DNA of 64,000 bases from Bacteriovoracia bacterium (GTDB taxonomy: Bacteria > Bdellovibrionota > UBA1018 > JBFWNL01). The notes under the pieces were generated by a model. That model ran no database searches. It was not told the DNA's origin and was given only the letters and a program-made list of their open reading frames with translations. The stretch lies in NCBI GenBank assembly GCA_050251055.1, contig JBFWNL010000001.1:683825-747824 (forward strand), read 5' to 3'. This document shows, piece after piece, positions 1 through 9,549 of the stretch. Positions within the stretch are counted from its first letter, which is position 1. Each line of letters begins with the position of its first letter. The translations under genes and the position numbers were made by a program.

Positions 1-389
1 CCTTCGCAGTAGTAGCTCATACAAGAATCGGTATGGCCCGGCGTCGCCAGCGCTTTGAGAGAAAAACGCCCGAAGCGAAGCTCGTCACCGTCTTTGAGCG
101 CGATGTCCGCGCAGCCGACTTTTGCCGCCGCTGCGATCGCCGTGCGCGCTCCCGTGCGCTTCTTCAACTCCCCGGCGCCCGTGACATGGTCGGCGTGCAA
201 ATGGGTGTCGATTGCGTAGAGCAGCTTCAATCCCGCTTCCGTGATCCACTTGTAGTCGCGCTCGATCATTTCCAAGACCGAATCGATGATCACGGCTTCG
301 CCCGTTTGTCCGTCGGCAAGTAGATAGGTATAGGTCGAAGTCTCTGGCTCAAATAACTGGAAAAAAACATACGGGGCGGGCGCGAGCAT
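1..389 (-). CDS. MBL-fold metallo-hydrolase, ETHE1-like persulfide dioxygenase (runs off the left window edge)
   Basis: Translated by hand from ATG at 389: [26 protein letters not shown]...[12 protein letters not shown]...[37 protein letters not shown] and TPGHT are ETHE1/PDO motifs. Not in the ORF track because there is no stop inside the window. Confidence 0.88.
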   Translation of the reverse strand, partial: MLAPAPYVFFQLFEPETSTYTYLLADGQTGEAVIIDSVLEMIERDYKWITEAGLKLLYAIDTHLHADHVTGAGELKKRTGARTAIAAAAKVGCADIALKDGDELRFGRFSLKALATPGHTDSCMSYYCE

Positions 390-463
390 GGGACTACTTT
401 AGCGAAGGGTTCGCGACGCATCCAGGCCTTTGCGCAGGTTTTGCCAAATTCGTGACGCCCACT

Positions 464-513
464 TTGACAAGCGCTTTAACTTTCGTCACACTGAGTAATG
501 GGTCCAAGGAGGA
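464..513 (+). promoter_or_regulatory. Candidate sigma70 promoter and RBS of the cold-shock gene
   Basis: TTGACA (464-469), 17-nt spacer, CACACT (487-492, weak -10). AGGAGG-type Shine-Dalgarno at ~507-513 ahead of ATG 524. Confidence 0.4.
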
Positions 514-523
514 CCCCGAACGC

Positions 524-727
524 ATGGCATTTGGAAAAGTGAAATGGTTCAATGACGCAAAAGGATTTGGCATGATTGAAGGCAAAGATGGGCGCGAAGT
601 TTTCGTCCACTACAGCGCCATCCAAAAAGAAGGCTACAAGACCCTAAACGAAGGGCAAGAGGTGGAATTCGACCTCTACGAGGGACAAAAAGGTCCCCAA
701 GCCCAGAACGTTCAGCGGATCGTTTAA
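524..727 (+). CDS. Cold-shock protein (CspA family)
   Basis: [15 protein letters not shown] (RNP1), VFVHYSAI (RNP2), [20 protein letters not shown]; 67 aa. Confidence 0.96.
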   Translation: MAFGKVKWFNDAKGFGMIEGKDGREVFVHYSAIQKEGYKTLNEGQEVEFDLYEGQKGPQAQNVQRIV

Positions 728-826
728 GCGGCTTTTCTCAGTAAAAACGGCAGCTTTACCCCCCAAGGGTTCATTTGACTAAAAATGACGCCTATTGTAT
801 TTTGCGTCATCTTGTTGAGGAACCTT

Positions 827-1576
827 ATGGCATTCGCACGCGCTTCATTTCTGATTCCCCTCACCCTAGCGTCCGGCCTGACGCTGGTCGGCCTCTCGAG
901 CTGCGGCATGCCCGACCCCACCCTGGGGACGAGCTGCTCCACCGAAGTAGTGAAGGTGTATCAAGACCTGAAGGATGCCGAGCAGCGGGTGGAACAAGCC
1001 TTGGGTCGCTATCAGAACCTGCAGAACAAGCCGGCAGCGCAGCTCAAGCGCCTGGAAACCTCCCAACGTATCCAATTCGATCGTAAGCGCAACGAAATCG
1101 CGGCGACGAACCTTATGGAAGCCGCTTCGCAAATAGAACCGCTAAATGCGGCGGCTGAAAAACTCGCCACGCATGGGGAAAAGCCCTGCGCGGTGTACAA
1201 CCCCAATACCTCCACCAGCATCGTGGTGAAAGTAGGCAAGGTATCCCAATCCGCGAAGGCGCGCGCCGGGCAGTTAAAACCCCTACTCGACCCCATCGGA
1301 GAGATCTACCTTAAGTCCAAGGACGCGGGCTGCGGGGTTAGCCTCGAGCAAGGCCCCGTGTGCGACGGCGCCGCCTCGCCCGAGCAAACGGAAGCCCGCC
1401 GAGCGCTCCCGGCGTTTGTGAACGAGCAGGCGAAGAAGGCGCTGGCCGCCGTGCCGACTTCGGCCGACGACCAGTTCGCCGCCGAAGTCAAAGCCCTGTA
1501 CCTGGTGCGCTTCCTGGAGAAAATGCGGGACCGCACCCAAGCGGGGGTAGCGGCCGTCTCCGAATACGAATTCTAG
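827..1576 (+). CDS. Hypothetical lipoprotein, helical/coiled-coil
   Basis: Hydrophobic N-terminus ending in lipobox LSSC. The start may instead be 785. No family recognised. Confidence 0.65.
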   Translation: MAFARASFLIPLTLASGLTLVGLSSCGMPDPTLGTSCSTEVVKVYQDLKDAEQRVEQALGRYQNLQNKPAAQLKRLETSQRIQFDRKRNEIAATNLMEAASQIEPLNAAAEKLATHGEKPCAVYNPNTSTSIVVKVGKVSQSAKARAGQLKPLLDPIGEIYLKSKDAGCGVSLEQGPVCDGAASPEQTEARRALPAFVNEQAKKALAAVPTSADDQFAAEVKALYLVRFLEKMRDRTQAGVAAVSEYEF

Positions 1577-1588
1577 AACGGGTAACCG

Positions 1589-3040
1589 CTAACGAGTCGA
1601 AGTCTTGCCGTGAATATGGTTCACGGCGTTCAACGCGGCCGTTTTGTAAGCCTCGGCCAGCGTCGGGTAATTCACGACATTGCGAATAAAATAGTGCACA
1701 TCCCCGCCTAGGTTCATCACGGCCTGGCCGATGTGGATGAGATCAGCCGCGCTATCGCCCAAAATGTGCACGCCTAGAACCTTCAGGGTTTGACGATCGA
1801 CCGCGAGCTTCAATATCCCCCAGCGATCGCCCACGATTTGACCGCGCGCGAGCTCTTTATAGCGGGCCTTGCCGACCACGAAATCCACCTTTTTTTGCTT
1901 CAACTCTTCTTCCGTACGCCCGACCATCGAAATTTCGGGAATGGTATAAATTCCGTAGGGGTAGTTCTCCGGCATTTCGGTCGTGGCGAGTTCGCCCGTG
2001 ATCTGAAAGGCGTGGCAACAGGCAATGCGTCCCTGCTCCATGCTGGTGGACGCAAGCGCCGGCTGACCGACGACGTCCCCCACCGCATAAATACTGGGGA
2101 CCGCCGTGCGGAAACTGCGATCCACTTTAATCAAGCCTCGCTCGTCGGCCTGTAGCCCCGCCTTCGCCAAGCCTAAATCGGTGGTGTTGCCGAAACGCCC
2201 GAGCGCGACCATCATCGTTTCGGCTTCGACGACTTTGCGGCCGTGCTTTTCGCTATTAAAGGTGACCCGTACGGTGCGCTCGCTCCCCTTCTCCAATACT
2301 TCCACCTTCTCGGTTTCGTACTCGAGCAAAACGTGCATGTCGTGGTGACTGAAACGCTCCAGCAACGCACCGACGATCTCGCGATCGACGCTCGCCAAGA
2401 TCTCGTGCCGACGATCCACGAGGGTGACCTGGGTACCGGCGGTGGCAAACATACTGGCGTACTCGCAACCAATCACGCCCGCGCCCAGCACGATCATGGA
2501 TTTCGGCGTGCGCTTCAGGGTGAGAATGTTATTGCTATCAAACACGCCCTTGCCATTGACGGGAATGTTCTTCGGCGCCACGGGCCCCGCTCCGACCGCG
2601 ATGATGACGATGTCCCCTTGAATGGTCTCCCGCTTTTTCGGGGAGACGATTTCAATCTCGTTGGGGGATAAAAAGGACGCGGTTCCGTGGAACATCTGGA
2701 TGCGATTTCGCGTCAGTTGATTGAAGATAATCTGCGATTCCACGCTCACGACCCGGTCGCGCCGCCGCAGCAGGCGCTCCATCTCGGGCAGATCGGCGTG
2801 CTTGGTGGCCCCCCGCGCGTCGATTTCCTGTCCGAGCGCTCCTCGCGAGCCTAGCGAGTAGCGATACACGGACTCACGAAAAGACTTAGAAGGAAGCGTG
2901 CCGAAGTGCACGCAACCGCCGCCAAACGCGGAGTACTTTTCGATGATCGCGACTTTCTTCCCGGCCTTCGCGCCTTGCAGCGCTGCCTTTTGACCTGCGG
3001 GACCGGAACCGATGACGATCAAATCGAAGTGCATATCCAT
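1589..3040 (-). CDS. sthA: Soluble pyridine nucleotide transhydrogenase
   Basis: IGSGPAGQKAA; GGGCVHFGTLPSKS (CxxxGT without the second Cys, typical of SthA); GAGVIGCEYASMF; PYGIYTIPEIS; NYPTLAEAYK. Confidence 0.92.
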   Translation of the reverse strand: MDMHFDLIVIGSGPAGQKAALQGAKAGKKVAIIEKYSAFGGGCVHFGTLPSKSFRESVYRYSLGSRGALGQEIDARGATKHADLPEMERLLRRRDRVVSVESQIIFNQLTRNRIQMFHGTASFLSPNEIEIVSPKKRETIQGDIVIIAVGAGPVAPKNIPVNGKGVFDSNNILTLKRTPKSMIVLGAGVIGCEYASMFATAGTQVTLVDRRHEILASVDREIVGALLERFSHHDMHVLLEYETEKVEVLEKGSERTVRVTFNSEKHGRKVVEAETMMVALGRFGNTTDLGLAKAGLQADERGLIKVDRSFRTAVPSIYAVGDVVGQPALASTSMEQGRIACCHAFQITGELATTEMPENYPYGIYTIPEISMVGRTEEELKQKKVDFVVGKARYKELARGQIVGDRWGILKLAVDRQTLKVLGVHILGDSAADLIHIGQAVMNLGGDVHYFIRNVVNYPTLAEAYKTAALNAVNHIHGKTSTR

Positions 3041-3177
3041 TTTAGATTCTCGCGGGGGGAGCTAGGGCCCGTCAATGATTGTTGTCACCGAGCGACGGAA
3101 AATCAGAAAAAAGAGCCGATTTCCCGCTTCCCGACCCCCGCTTGACACATTTAGTCGAAATCAGTATTTAGGCCGCC

Positions 3178-3657
3178 ATGAGATGGGTCGTAGCGACGAT
3201 GGTGGGGATCGGAATGTTAGCCAATGGCGTGCTCGCGGATGCGGCCGTGAGCAAAACCAAGTCCGCAAAGACGCGACTGGCGCCGAAAACGGCGAAAACG
3301 GTGCGGCCAAATCCGAAGCTCGCCGTAACCAAAAAATCCAAGACAACAAAGTCCACGGTCAAAAAAATGGCCAAGCCGACTCGACCAGCGAAGACCGGGG
3401 CCACCCGCCCGGCCGCCACTCCCGCAGGTAACCCGCGGGTGAGTAAGCCTAACTCGCGCGAACCTCGCAAGGCACTCAACCTGGTGGCGCTCACCCGGGG
3501 AAATTCGAAACTCTACTTTCAACGTGGAGTGAACTCGATGGTGAACTCCACGCGAGCCGAGCTACCCTCGACCACGGACGCGGTCCGCGAAGGCAATCTG
3601 CGCCGCACGGGCGGCACGGGGTACGAAGTTTTTTCCACGAATACCATTAAGGAATAG
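3178..3657 (+). CDS. Hypothetical secreted Lys/Thr/Ala-rich basic protein
   Basis: Signal peptide (MRWVVATMVGIGMLANGVLA-DA) followed by a low-complexity KT/AK-rich tract. TTGACA lies 36 nt upstream. Confidence 0.6.
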   Translation: MRWVVATMVGIGMLANGVLADAAVSKTKSAKTRLAPKTAKTVRPNPKLAVTKKSKTTKSTVKKMAKPTRPAKTGATRPAATPAGNPRVSKPNSREPRKALNLVALTRGNSKLYFQRGVNSMVNSTRAELPSTTDAVREGNLRRTGGTGYEVFSTNTIKE

Positions 3658-3678
3658 GTAGCCAAAGCGCGCAAGCGC

Positions 3679-4815
3679 TTAAGCCGCGCGCTCTTTCTTC
3701 TGCAAAGCCAAGAACCACTCCGGCGCCGTGAACTTATCGCGCGTGAACGGAATGCGGTTCACCTCGATCTCGTCCATGAACGAAGGCACGTACCCAGTGG
3801 GCACGATTTCGCCCACGATCTTGCCGTCGGCGCCACGGCCCCGCTGGACGAATTGGTAGATGCTGCGCACCTCGTACCGGCCACGATCATCGAGCTCGGG
3901 TAAGATCTCGGCGATGTCGACGACCTTGCGGGTTCCGTCGCTCATGCGCTTGATCTGCGCCACGATATGAATGGCGGAGGCGATCTGCCGGCGAATCGCC
4001 TGCGCGGGCACGTGGGAGTCGCCCATCATGGCGAGCGTTTCCAAACGTACGAGCGCGTCGTAAGGCGAGTTCGCGTGGGTCGTTCCCATCGAGCCCCCGT
4101 GGCCCGTGTTCATGGCGTTGATCAGATCGAGCGACTCCGGCCCGCGCACTTCCCCGACGACAATGCGATCGGGGCGCAGACGGAGGGCGCTACTGACGAG
4201 GTCACGCACGCTCACCTCGCCCTTGCCATCGGCGCGCGCGGCCTTAGTCTCGAAGTAGACGACGTGATCGGTGTGAATTTTCAACTCTGAAGAATCCTCG
4301 ATGATGAGCAGACGTTGGTTGCCCGGAATGCGCGAGCCCAAGACGTTGAGGAAAGTCGTCTTACCCGAACCCGTGCCGCCCGAAATAATCACGTTCTTAG
4401 CGAGATACACGCAGACATCGAGGAAACGTGCGGCATCTTTACTAATGGAGCCCCGATTGATGAGATCGACAAACGACGGCACGCCCTTTTGGAATTTCCG
4501 GATAGAGAGCGTGGTCCCCCGGCGCGCGCAGGGGGGAAAGACGGCGGCGATCCGGCTGCCGTTGGGGAGCCGGGCGTCGAGCCTAGGATTTTCGTCGTCG
4601 ATGCGGCGGCCCACGAACTGGGCGATGTTGCGCACGGCGGCCTGCAAGGACTGTTCGTCTTTGAATTGGGCCGGGGTCTTCTCGATCAACCCCTTTTTTT
4701 CGATGAAGATTTCCTTGGGCCCGTTGATCATGATCTCGGAAACGGCGTCGTCATCCAAGAACTCCTTCACGGGAGCGAGAAAGGTGGCGATGGAATCTTC
4801 GAAAATGGAACTCAC
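3679..4815 (-). CDS. cpaF: CpaF/TadA family pilus assembly ATPase
   Basis: [21 protein letters not shown], Walker [48 protein letters not shown]. Confidence 0.93.
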   Translation of the reverse strand: MSSIFEDSIATFLAPVKEFLDDDAVSEIMINGPKEIFIEKKGLIEKTPAQFKDEQSLQAAVRNIAQFVGRRIDDENPRLDARLPNGSRIAAVFPPCARRGTTLSIRKFQKGVPSFVDLINRGSISKDAARFLDVCVYLAKNVIISGGTGSGKTTFLNVLGSRIPGNQRLLIIEDSSELKIHTDHVVYFETKAARADGKGEVSVRDLVSSALRLRPDRIVVGEVRGPESLDLINAMNTGHGGSMGTTHANSPYDALVRLETLAMMGDSHVPAQAIRRQIASAIHIVAQIKRMSDGTRKVVDIAEILPELDDRGRYEVRSIYQFVQRGRGADGKIVGEIVPTGYVPSFMDEIEVNRIPFTRDKFTAPEWFLALQKKERAA

Positions 4816-4866
4816 GGGCGGGTCTCTCCTCGGCCTAGGCGCAAGCCTAAATACTTAAAATACCAC

Positions 4867-5511
4867 TCAGTTCAACGCGTTGTTCGAAGCCATCTCCTTC
4901 ACCACGAGATTGCCCTCCATGCCGTTGACCGGGCAGTAAAAGCGGTACTGGCCGGGGAACTTCGGCGTGAAAGTGATCTCTTCGATCTTCTTGGAGCTGA
5001 CCTGTTTGCGAACGTTGAACGAGTCCATCATGATGCAAAGGGTATCTTTCGACGCCCCCGTGATGAACATGCGCACGGGGATGTCGCGCGTGACGAAAAC
5101 GGTTTTCGGGAAAAAACCCAAATCGCTCGCGATCAGCGCAACCTCTTGAATGCCGCGACGTTTGTTCGGCACGAGATCAGCGGGATTGCTCCCCTGACCG
5201 GGGACGCCTTCGCTGGCGGCCAGACCGTTTTGTCCATCGGGTTGGGACATGCGGGGATTCGGCGCGAGCACCAGGCCGGCCGGACTGCGGTCGGGCTCCG
5301 ATTCCTTCGCCGTGGCCATCTTCAAGGGATGCACAGGTGCCGCACCGAAAGCCGACGGCGGATATTCCGTATCATCGGTCGACGGCGGCTCCGCCGGCGA
5401 AAGAATCACTCCCGCCACCGAAGGCAGGGCGATACAAAACGCAAAGATCATTATAATCGCCGCGCTCAGAGCGGCGGAGACCGTGGAGACTAGGGTTTTA
5501 TTCCGTTCCAT
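4867..5511 (-). CDS. Membrane-anchored/secreted cupredoxin-domain protein
   Basis: N-terminal TM/signal, Pro-rich linker, then GFFPKTVFVTRDIPV...FTPKFPGQYRFYCPVNGMEGNLVV (Cupredoxin_1-like C-terminus). Confidence 0.75.
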   Translation of the reverse strand: MERNKTLVSTVSAALSAAIIMIFAFCIALPSVAGVILSPAEPPSTDDTEYPPSAFGAAPVHPLKMATAKESEPDRSPAGLVLAPNPRMSQPDGQNGLAASEGVPGQGSNPADLVPNKRRGIQEVALIASDLGFFPKTVFVTRDIPVRMFITGASKDTLCIMMDSFNVRKQVSSKKIEEITFTPKFPGQYRFYCPVNGMEGNLVVKEMASNNALN

Positions 5512-5710
5512 AGAAAATCCTCTACCTTCTCTATCGGGTCAGGACTGACGCAGCTAAAGACCTATCCGTATGCTCGCCCAGGTTTTCCCTACGAGCGTCA
5601 GAAGCACAGCATCAAAATCGAGTCATTTATTTGGCGGGTGATAAAAAAACTCGACCTCCGGCCCACCCGGTCTAAAATACGGGGGTTTGCTACTGAAGGG
5701 GGAAATGAAT

Positions 5711-7255
5711 ATGGCCTGGGTACGGAAGTCTCGTGTTTTCGTAATTTTTCTAGGACTGTTGTCGCTAGGTTCGAAGAGTTCGGAAGACCAAGGATTCCGC
5801 TTCCAAGCCGGCAAGTGCGTGAATGCCCGCGGGGAAACCGGACTGAACCCCTCCTACCTCGGACAATGCGGTGACTTGCGGGGAAGCGCTTTCGGACGTT
5901 TAGACTTTGATCGCATCGACTTGCGCGGCTCCGACTTCAGCAATGCCGAACTGGGTAAAGTGACTTTTCGCGGTGCCCAGTTGGAAGGAACCAAATGGGA
6001 TTCCGCTTCCCTGCAGGGCGTGGATTTCTCGGAAGCAAACCTAACCGGGTCCGTCTTTACCGGCAGTCGTTTCAGCCGAGTCGTGATGGGGGCCGCGACG
6101 CTTGACGGCGCCGACTTCTCCCGCTCGACCTGGAAGGACAGTGAAATTTCGTACTGTGAGTGGAACAAAGCCCGTTTTACGAAGGCAGTCTTCGAGAGCA
6201 CCACGTTCGAGGAACTCTCCTTCGGCAACGCCTCGTTCGCGGAGGCCCGATTCTCGAGCCCGGTTTTTAAGCAATGCGTTTTCCGGGGAGTTTCAGCCGA
6301 AAATGCCACCTTTATCGGGGTGAACCTACGACGAGCGGACTTTCGCGGGGCGAACCTAAAGGGGGTTCAGCTAATACGCGCCCCGTTGGAAGAGGCCGGA
6401 TTTGAAGACGCCGACCTCACGCTGGCCAGCTTTCGCTTCGCGACGCTGGCGCGTGCGCGATTCACCAAAGCGAAGTTAGCGGGCACCGACTTCGCTTACG
6501 CAGACTTAACCGGAGCCAGCACGGAAGGCGCGGTTTGGACCGATGCCACTTACAACCGGCGGACGAAGCTGCCTTTCCCCGAGGCCGACGCCAAGACCTT
6601 GGGCATGAAAGAGATCCAAACGCACGTGGCGCGTCTCTATTACAATCCGCGCCACGTGGACTCGGGAGCATCCACCACCGACAACGAACCCTTCACCCTC
6701 TGGGAAACAATCAAGCAGTTCGAGGATTCGGCGCAATTCACGGACTACTCGTTGGGCGCGCTCAAAAAGACCCTGGGCGAAAGCACCGTCGTGATCTTTC
6801 CGGAGTTTGAGATCGGCGATCCGAATTCGGATTTCGGAACCGAGCATCGGAACGCTTTGAAAGAGTACGTGATGAACGGAGGGCGACTGGTGTTTCACGG
6901 CGACGCCAATAACCGCGCCAATGTTCTCATCGCCAATGTCTTCGGCTTGAAGGTACCAACCCGAATGAGTCCAGCGGCCGAACAGACCCTGCAGGTGGAA
7001 GCCGCCAAGGAAACTCTTTTCGAGGGGACGAGCACCCAAGCCTTGAGCGTAAACAACCAAACATCTTGCCTCACTGGGTTATCCGATACCGTGAAGGCCA
7101 TCTACAAAACCCCGCAGTGCGCAACCGTTACCCTTTATGCCGCCGGCAAGGGCACCGTGATTTTCTTAGGCTACGATTGGTTTAATGCGAAGCCCGCCGG
7201 GGGCCAAGATGGCGGCTGGGTGGACACGCTCATTCGTGTCGCCGGCCCAAACTAG
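5711..7255 (+). CDS. Secreted pentapeptide-repeat protein with a C-terminal alpha/beta domain
   Basis: Signal peptide, Cys pair, long A(D/N)(L/F)xx repeats (ANLTG, ADFRG, ANLKG, ADLTL, ADLTG) at ~5880-6550. The C-terminal domain (LKEYVMNGGRLVF...GKGTVIFLGYDW) resembles GATase-like/ThuA folds. Confidence 0.85.
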   Translation: MAWVRKSRVFVIFLGLLSLGSKSSEDQGFRFQAGKCVNARGETGLNPSYLGQCGDLRGSAFGRLDFDRIDLRGSDFSNAELGKVTFRGAQLEGTKWDSASLQGVDFSEANLTGSVFTGSRFSRVVMGAATLDGADFSRSTWKDSEISYCEWNKARFTKAVFESTTFEELSFGNASFAEARFSSPVFKQCVFRGVSAENATFIGVNLRRADFRGANLKGVQLIRAPLEEAGFEDADLTLASFRFATLARARFTKAKLAGTDFAYADLTGASTEGAVWTDATYNRRTKLPFPEADAKTLGMKEIQTHVARLYYNPRHVDSGASTTDNEPFTLWETIKQFEDSAQFTDYSLGALKKTLGESTVVIFPEFEIGDPNSDFGTEHRNALKEYVMNGGRLVFHGDANNRANVLIANVFGLKVPTRMSPAAEQTLQVEAAKETLFEGTSTQALSVNNQTSCLTGLSDTVKAIYKTPQCATVTLYAAGKGTVIFLGYDWFNAKPAGGQDGGWVDTLIRVAGPN

Positions 7256-7285
7256 GCTGACTTCATTGTCAGGGCACGATTGCCG

Positions 7286-8509
7286 TCAAATATTCGCTAA
7301 CATACGCGCCAAGTACTCGGCCCCAATTTTCTCGGGCGAATAGTGGGCGGCGTACTCCAGCGCCGCGCGCGAAAGGTTTTCCCGGTCTTTCTCGGATGTG
7401 AGGAGTCGGCGAATCTGGCGTGCGCAGTCCTCGGGATCGCCCGTGTGGAAGAACGCCAGGCATCCCGGCTGGCGTCGCTCGATCTCTTTATTTAATGGGA
7501 GGTCGGAAGCGAGGATCGGCGCTCCCCTGCCTAGCGCTTGGGCCAACGAGCCCGAGCCCGTCGTCTCCAAAAAGGGCGCGAGCACTAGATCCGCGCGCGC
7601 ATAGTAATCATCGATAAAATCTTTTTGCACGAACCCGCTCACGGAAACGCGGTCGCCCAGCTCCAGAGCCCGCGCGGTTCCCAGGCAGCTCTCCATATAA
7701 TGATAGTCGGCCGTGCGTCGGGCGCCTCCCGCGAGCACCAGGTGTACGTCCCGCTCCAAATGCTCGAGCGCCCGGACCGCGAGGTCCTGGCCTTTTTCTG
7801 GCGAGAAAAACCCAAACACCATGACCGTCTTGCGCGCCGGCTCGCCGGGCGCCAAACGATGCGGCGTAATCACGGGGTGCTTCGCCGCGTTTCGGATCTT
7901 CCATTCGGTTTCAGGCGAGAGCTTTGTATTTCGGAGCCCCTCACCGGCGGGCGCTAAGGCAGGCACGAAGTGCGGGATGACCGTGACCTTGGGGCAACCC
8001 GAGGCGCGGACGTCACTTACCTGCAACTCGGAATGTACGATCACCTCGTCCAGGACGCCCCACGTTTCCTCGCTCCAGGCCCGGCGCATGCGCGGCATAA
8101 GCAGGTGGTTCGCGAGCACCCGCAGCGGCGCCTGCAGACCTCGCCCGCGCGTGGGAAAAACGTAGTCGCGCGCGAGCACGTTATGGGCGGTAGCGATGAG
8201 CTTCGCACGCGGCAGGCGGGCGCGGACGGCCTTCACGACCCGCGGAAAAAGATAGCGGGGCGGGCGCTTCCCGCCCCAGATGCCATACTCGTGCTGGAAG
8301 ATCACCACGTCGGGGCTTAAACGCGCGAGACTCTCCACCCAGGCCGCGACCTGCCCCCGGCGGCGCAGCTCATCGATCGGATGCAGCTCGATGGCGTATC
8401 CCGCAGGCAAAGCCGTTTTCGCAGCTGCCCGCACGGCGGGCAAAATGATCTTGGAATAGTCGGCAATCCCGCAGGTTTTATTCCAAGTCGATACCCACGC
8501 GACTTTCAC
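7286..8509 (-). CDS. Glycosyltransferase family 4
   Basis: TCGIADYS, QHEYGIW, FGFFSPEKG, ADLVLAPF...GSGSLAQALGRGAPILASDLP. Confidence 0.9.
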   Translation of the reverse strand: MKVAWVSTWNKTCGIADYSKIILPAVRAAAKTALPAGYAIELHPIDELRRRGQVAAWVESLARLSPDVVIFQHEYGIWGGKRPPRYLFPRVVKAVRARLPRAKLIATAHNVLARDYVFPTRGRGLQAPLRVLANHLLMPRMRRAWSEETWGVLDEVIVHSELQVSDVRASGCPKVTVIPHFVPALAPAGEGLRNTKLSPETEWKIRNAAKHPVITPHRLAPGEPARKTVMVFGFFSPEKGQDLAVRALEHLERDVHLVLAGGARRTADYHYMESCLGTARALELGDRVSVSGFVQKDFIDDYYARADLVLAPFLETTGSGSLAQALGRGAPILASDLPLNKEIERRQPGCLAFFHTGDPEDCARQIRRLLTSEKDRENLSRAALEYAAHYSPEKIGAEYLARMLANI

Positions 8510-9549
8510 AAACGGGCCCTCCCACGCGCGCGTACCAGCGGCTCGGCGGCGGATAGACAGCGCTCAGCGACGTTCCGCCAGCTCAACAGGAGCGGACGAT
8601 TCACCTGCGCGCGTGCCTGGCGCGCGGCTGGATCGTTCGGAAGCCGGTAAGCCTGCTCCACGGCCTGGGCCAAAGGGTCCGCTCGAAGTTCCTTCACCAC
8701 GAAAACTCCCTGGAGTCCCTTCGGAAGCTCGGTCACAGCTCCCACCTCCGTCACGACGATGGGCACGCCTTCGGCGAGGGTTTCAAGCACCACGATTGAA
8801 TATCCCTCATACCGAGAGGGCGCAATCACGGCCCGCGCGCGCCGCAGGAGCGCCACCACGCCGGTCGGGTCCAAGCGTCCCGTTTCCAAGATTTGCGGGC
8901 TGGGTGAAAATCCCTCACCCGGCGCGGCCACGAGCCGCAGGTGCGTGTTCCGGCGCAACATCTCGGCCAACACGTCGGTCCCCTTCACGGGATCGGCGCC
9001 GCGGCCCACGAAAAAGAGAAAATCGCCGTGCTCGTCCAAGCGCGGGCCCAAATCCGGCGGCAACCGCGACGGCATCCCACTCGGCGCGGTATCCCAACCA
9101 TTTCCACAGACCACCCCTCTCTTCCCGATTTTCAAGGCCCACCGGAAGAGTGAGACGCGCTCGCGTACGCAGCACACGAGATCCGCCGCCGAAACCGATG
9201 CGACTTCACGCGCGTACGCGAGATAGCCGCCCGGCCATGTATACTCACCGCAGGCGCGCATGCGCTCCCAAGTCGAGCCATGCAAGGTCACGATCCGTAA
9301 AGGACCGGCCTGGCCTAGCCGCGCGCGAAGCTTCTTTCCGGCGGGCTCCCACATCGCCCGTCCGTGGGGCAGAAGGCTTCCATGAGTGTGAATCACGTCC
9401 CAGCGCGGATCAGAAAGGTCACGCGGGTCGTGAGAGAGACTCGCTTCCACGCCCAGTCCCCGCAGCTCTTCCGCCAAACGCCGGGCATGGACTTCCACGC
9501 CTCCCAGGCCTTTGGCTAAATCCACGTTCGCCCATTGCAGCCAGCGCAT
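8506..9549 (-). CDS. Glycosyltransferase family 4
   Basis: True start MRWLQW at 9549 (upstream part of the track ORF overlaps the next gene). GGVEVH, DVIHTHG, FVGR...KG, PSRYEGYSIVVLETLAEGVPIV. Confidence 0.88.
   Translation of the reverse strand: MRWLQWANVDLAKGLGGVEVHARRLAEELRGLGVEASLSHDPRDLSDPRWDVIHTHGSLLPHGRAMWEPAGKKLRARLGQAGPLRIVTLHGSTWERMRACGEYTWPGGYLAYAREVASVSAADLVCCVRERVSLFRWALKIGKRGVVCGNGWDTAPSGMPSRLPPDLGPRLDEHGDFLFFVGRGADPVKGTDVLAEMLRRNTHLRLVAAPGEGFSPSPQILETGRLDPTGVVALLRRARAVIAPSRYEGYSIVVLETLAEGVPIVVTEVGAVTELPKGLQGVFVVKELRADPLAQAVEQAYRLPNDPAARQARAQVNRPLLLSWRNVAERCLSAAEPLVRARGRARL

Noticed and set aside
33-323. 96-aa + strand ORF
   Set aside because: Antisense shadow of the ETHE1-like gene.
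4315-5493. 392-aa + strand ORF
   Set aside because: Antisense to cpaF and the cupredoxin gene; no motifs; typical GC-rich shadow frame.
5880-6550. Repetitive region as a DNA repeat or CRISPR array
   Set aside because: The repeat exists only at protein level (pentapeptide); no direct DNA repeats with spacers.
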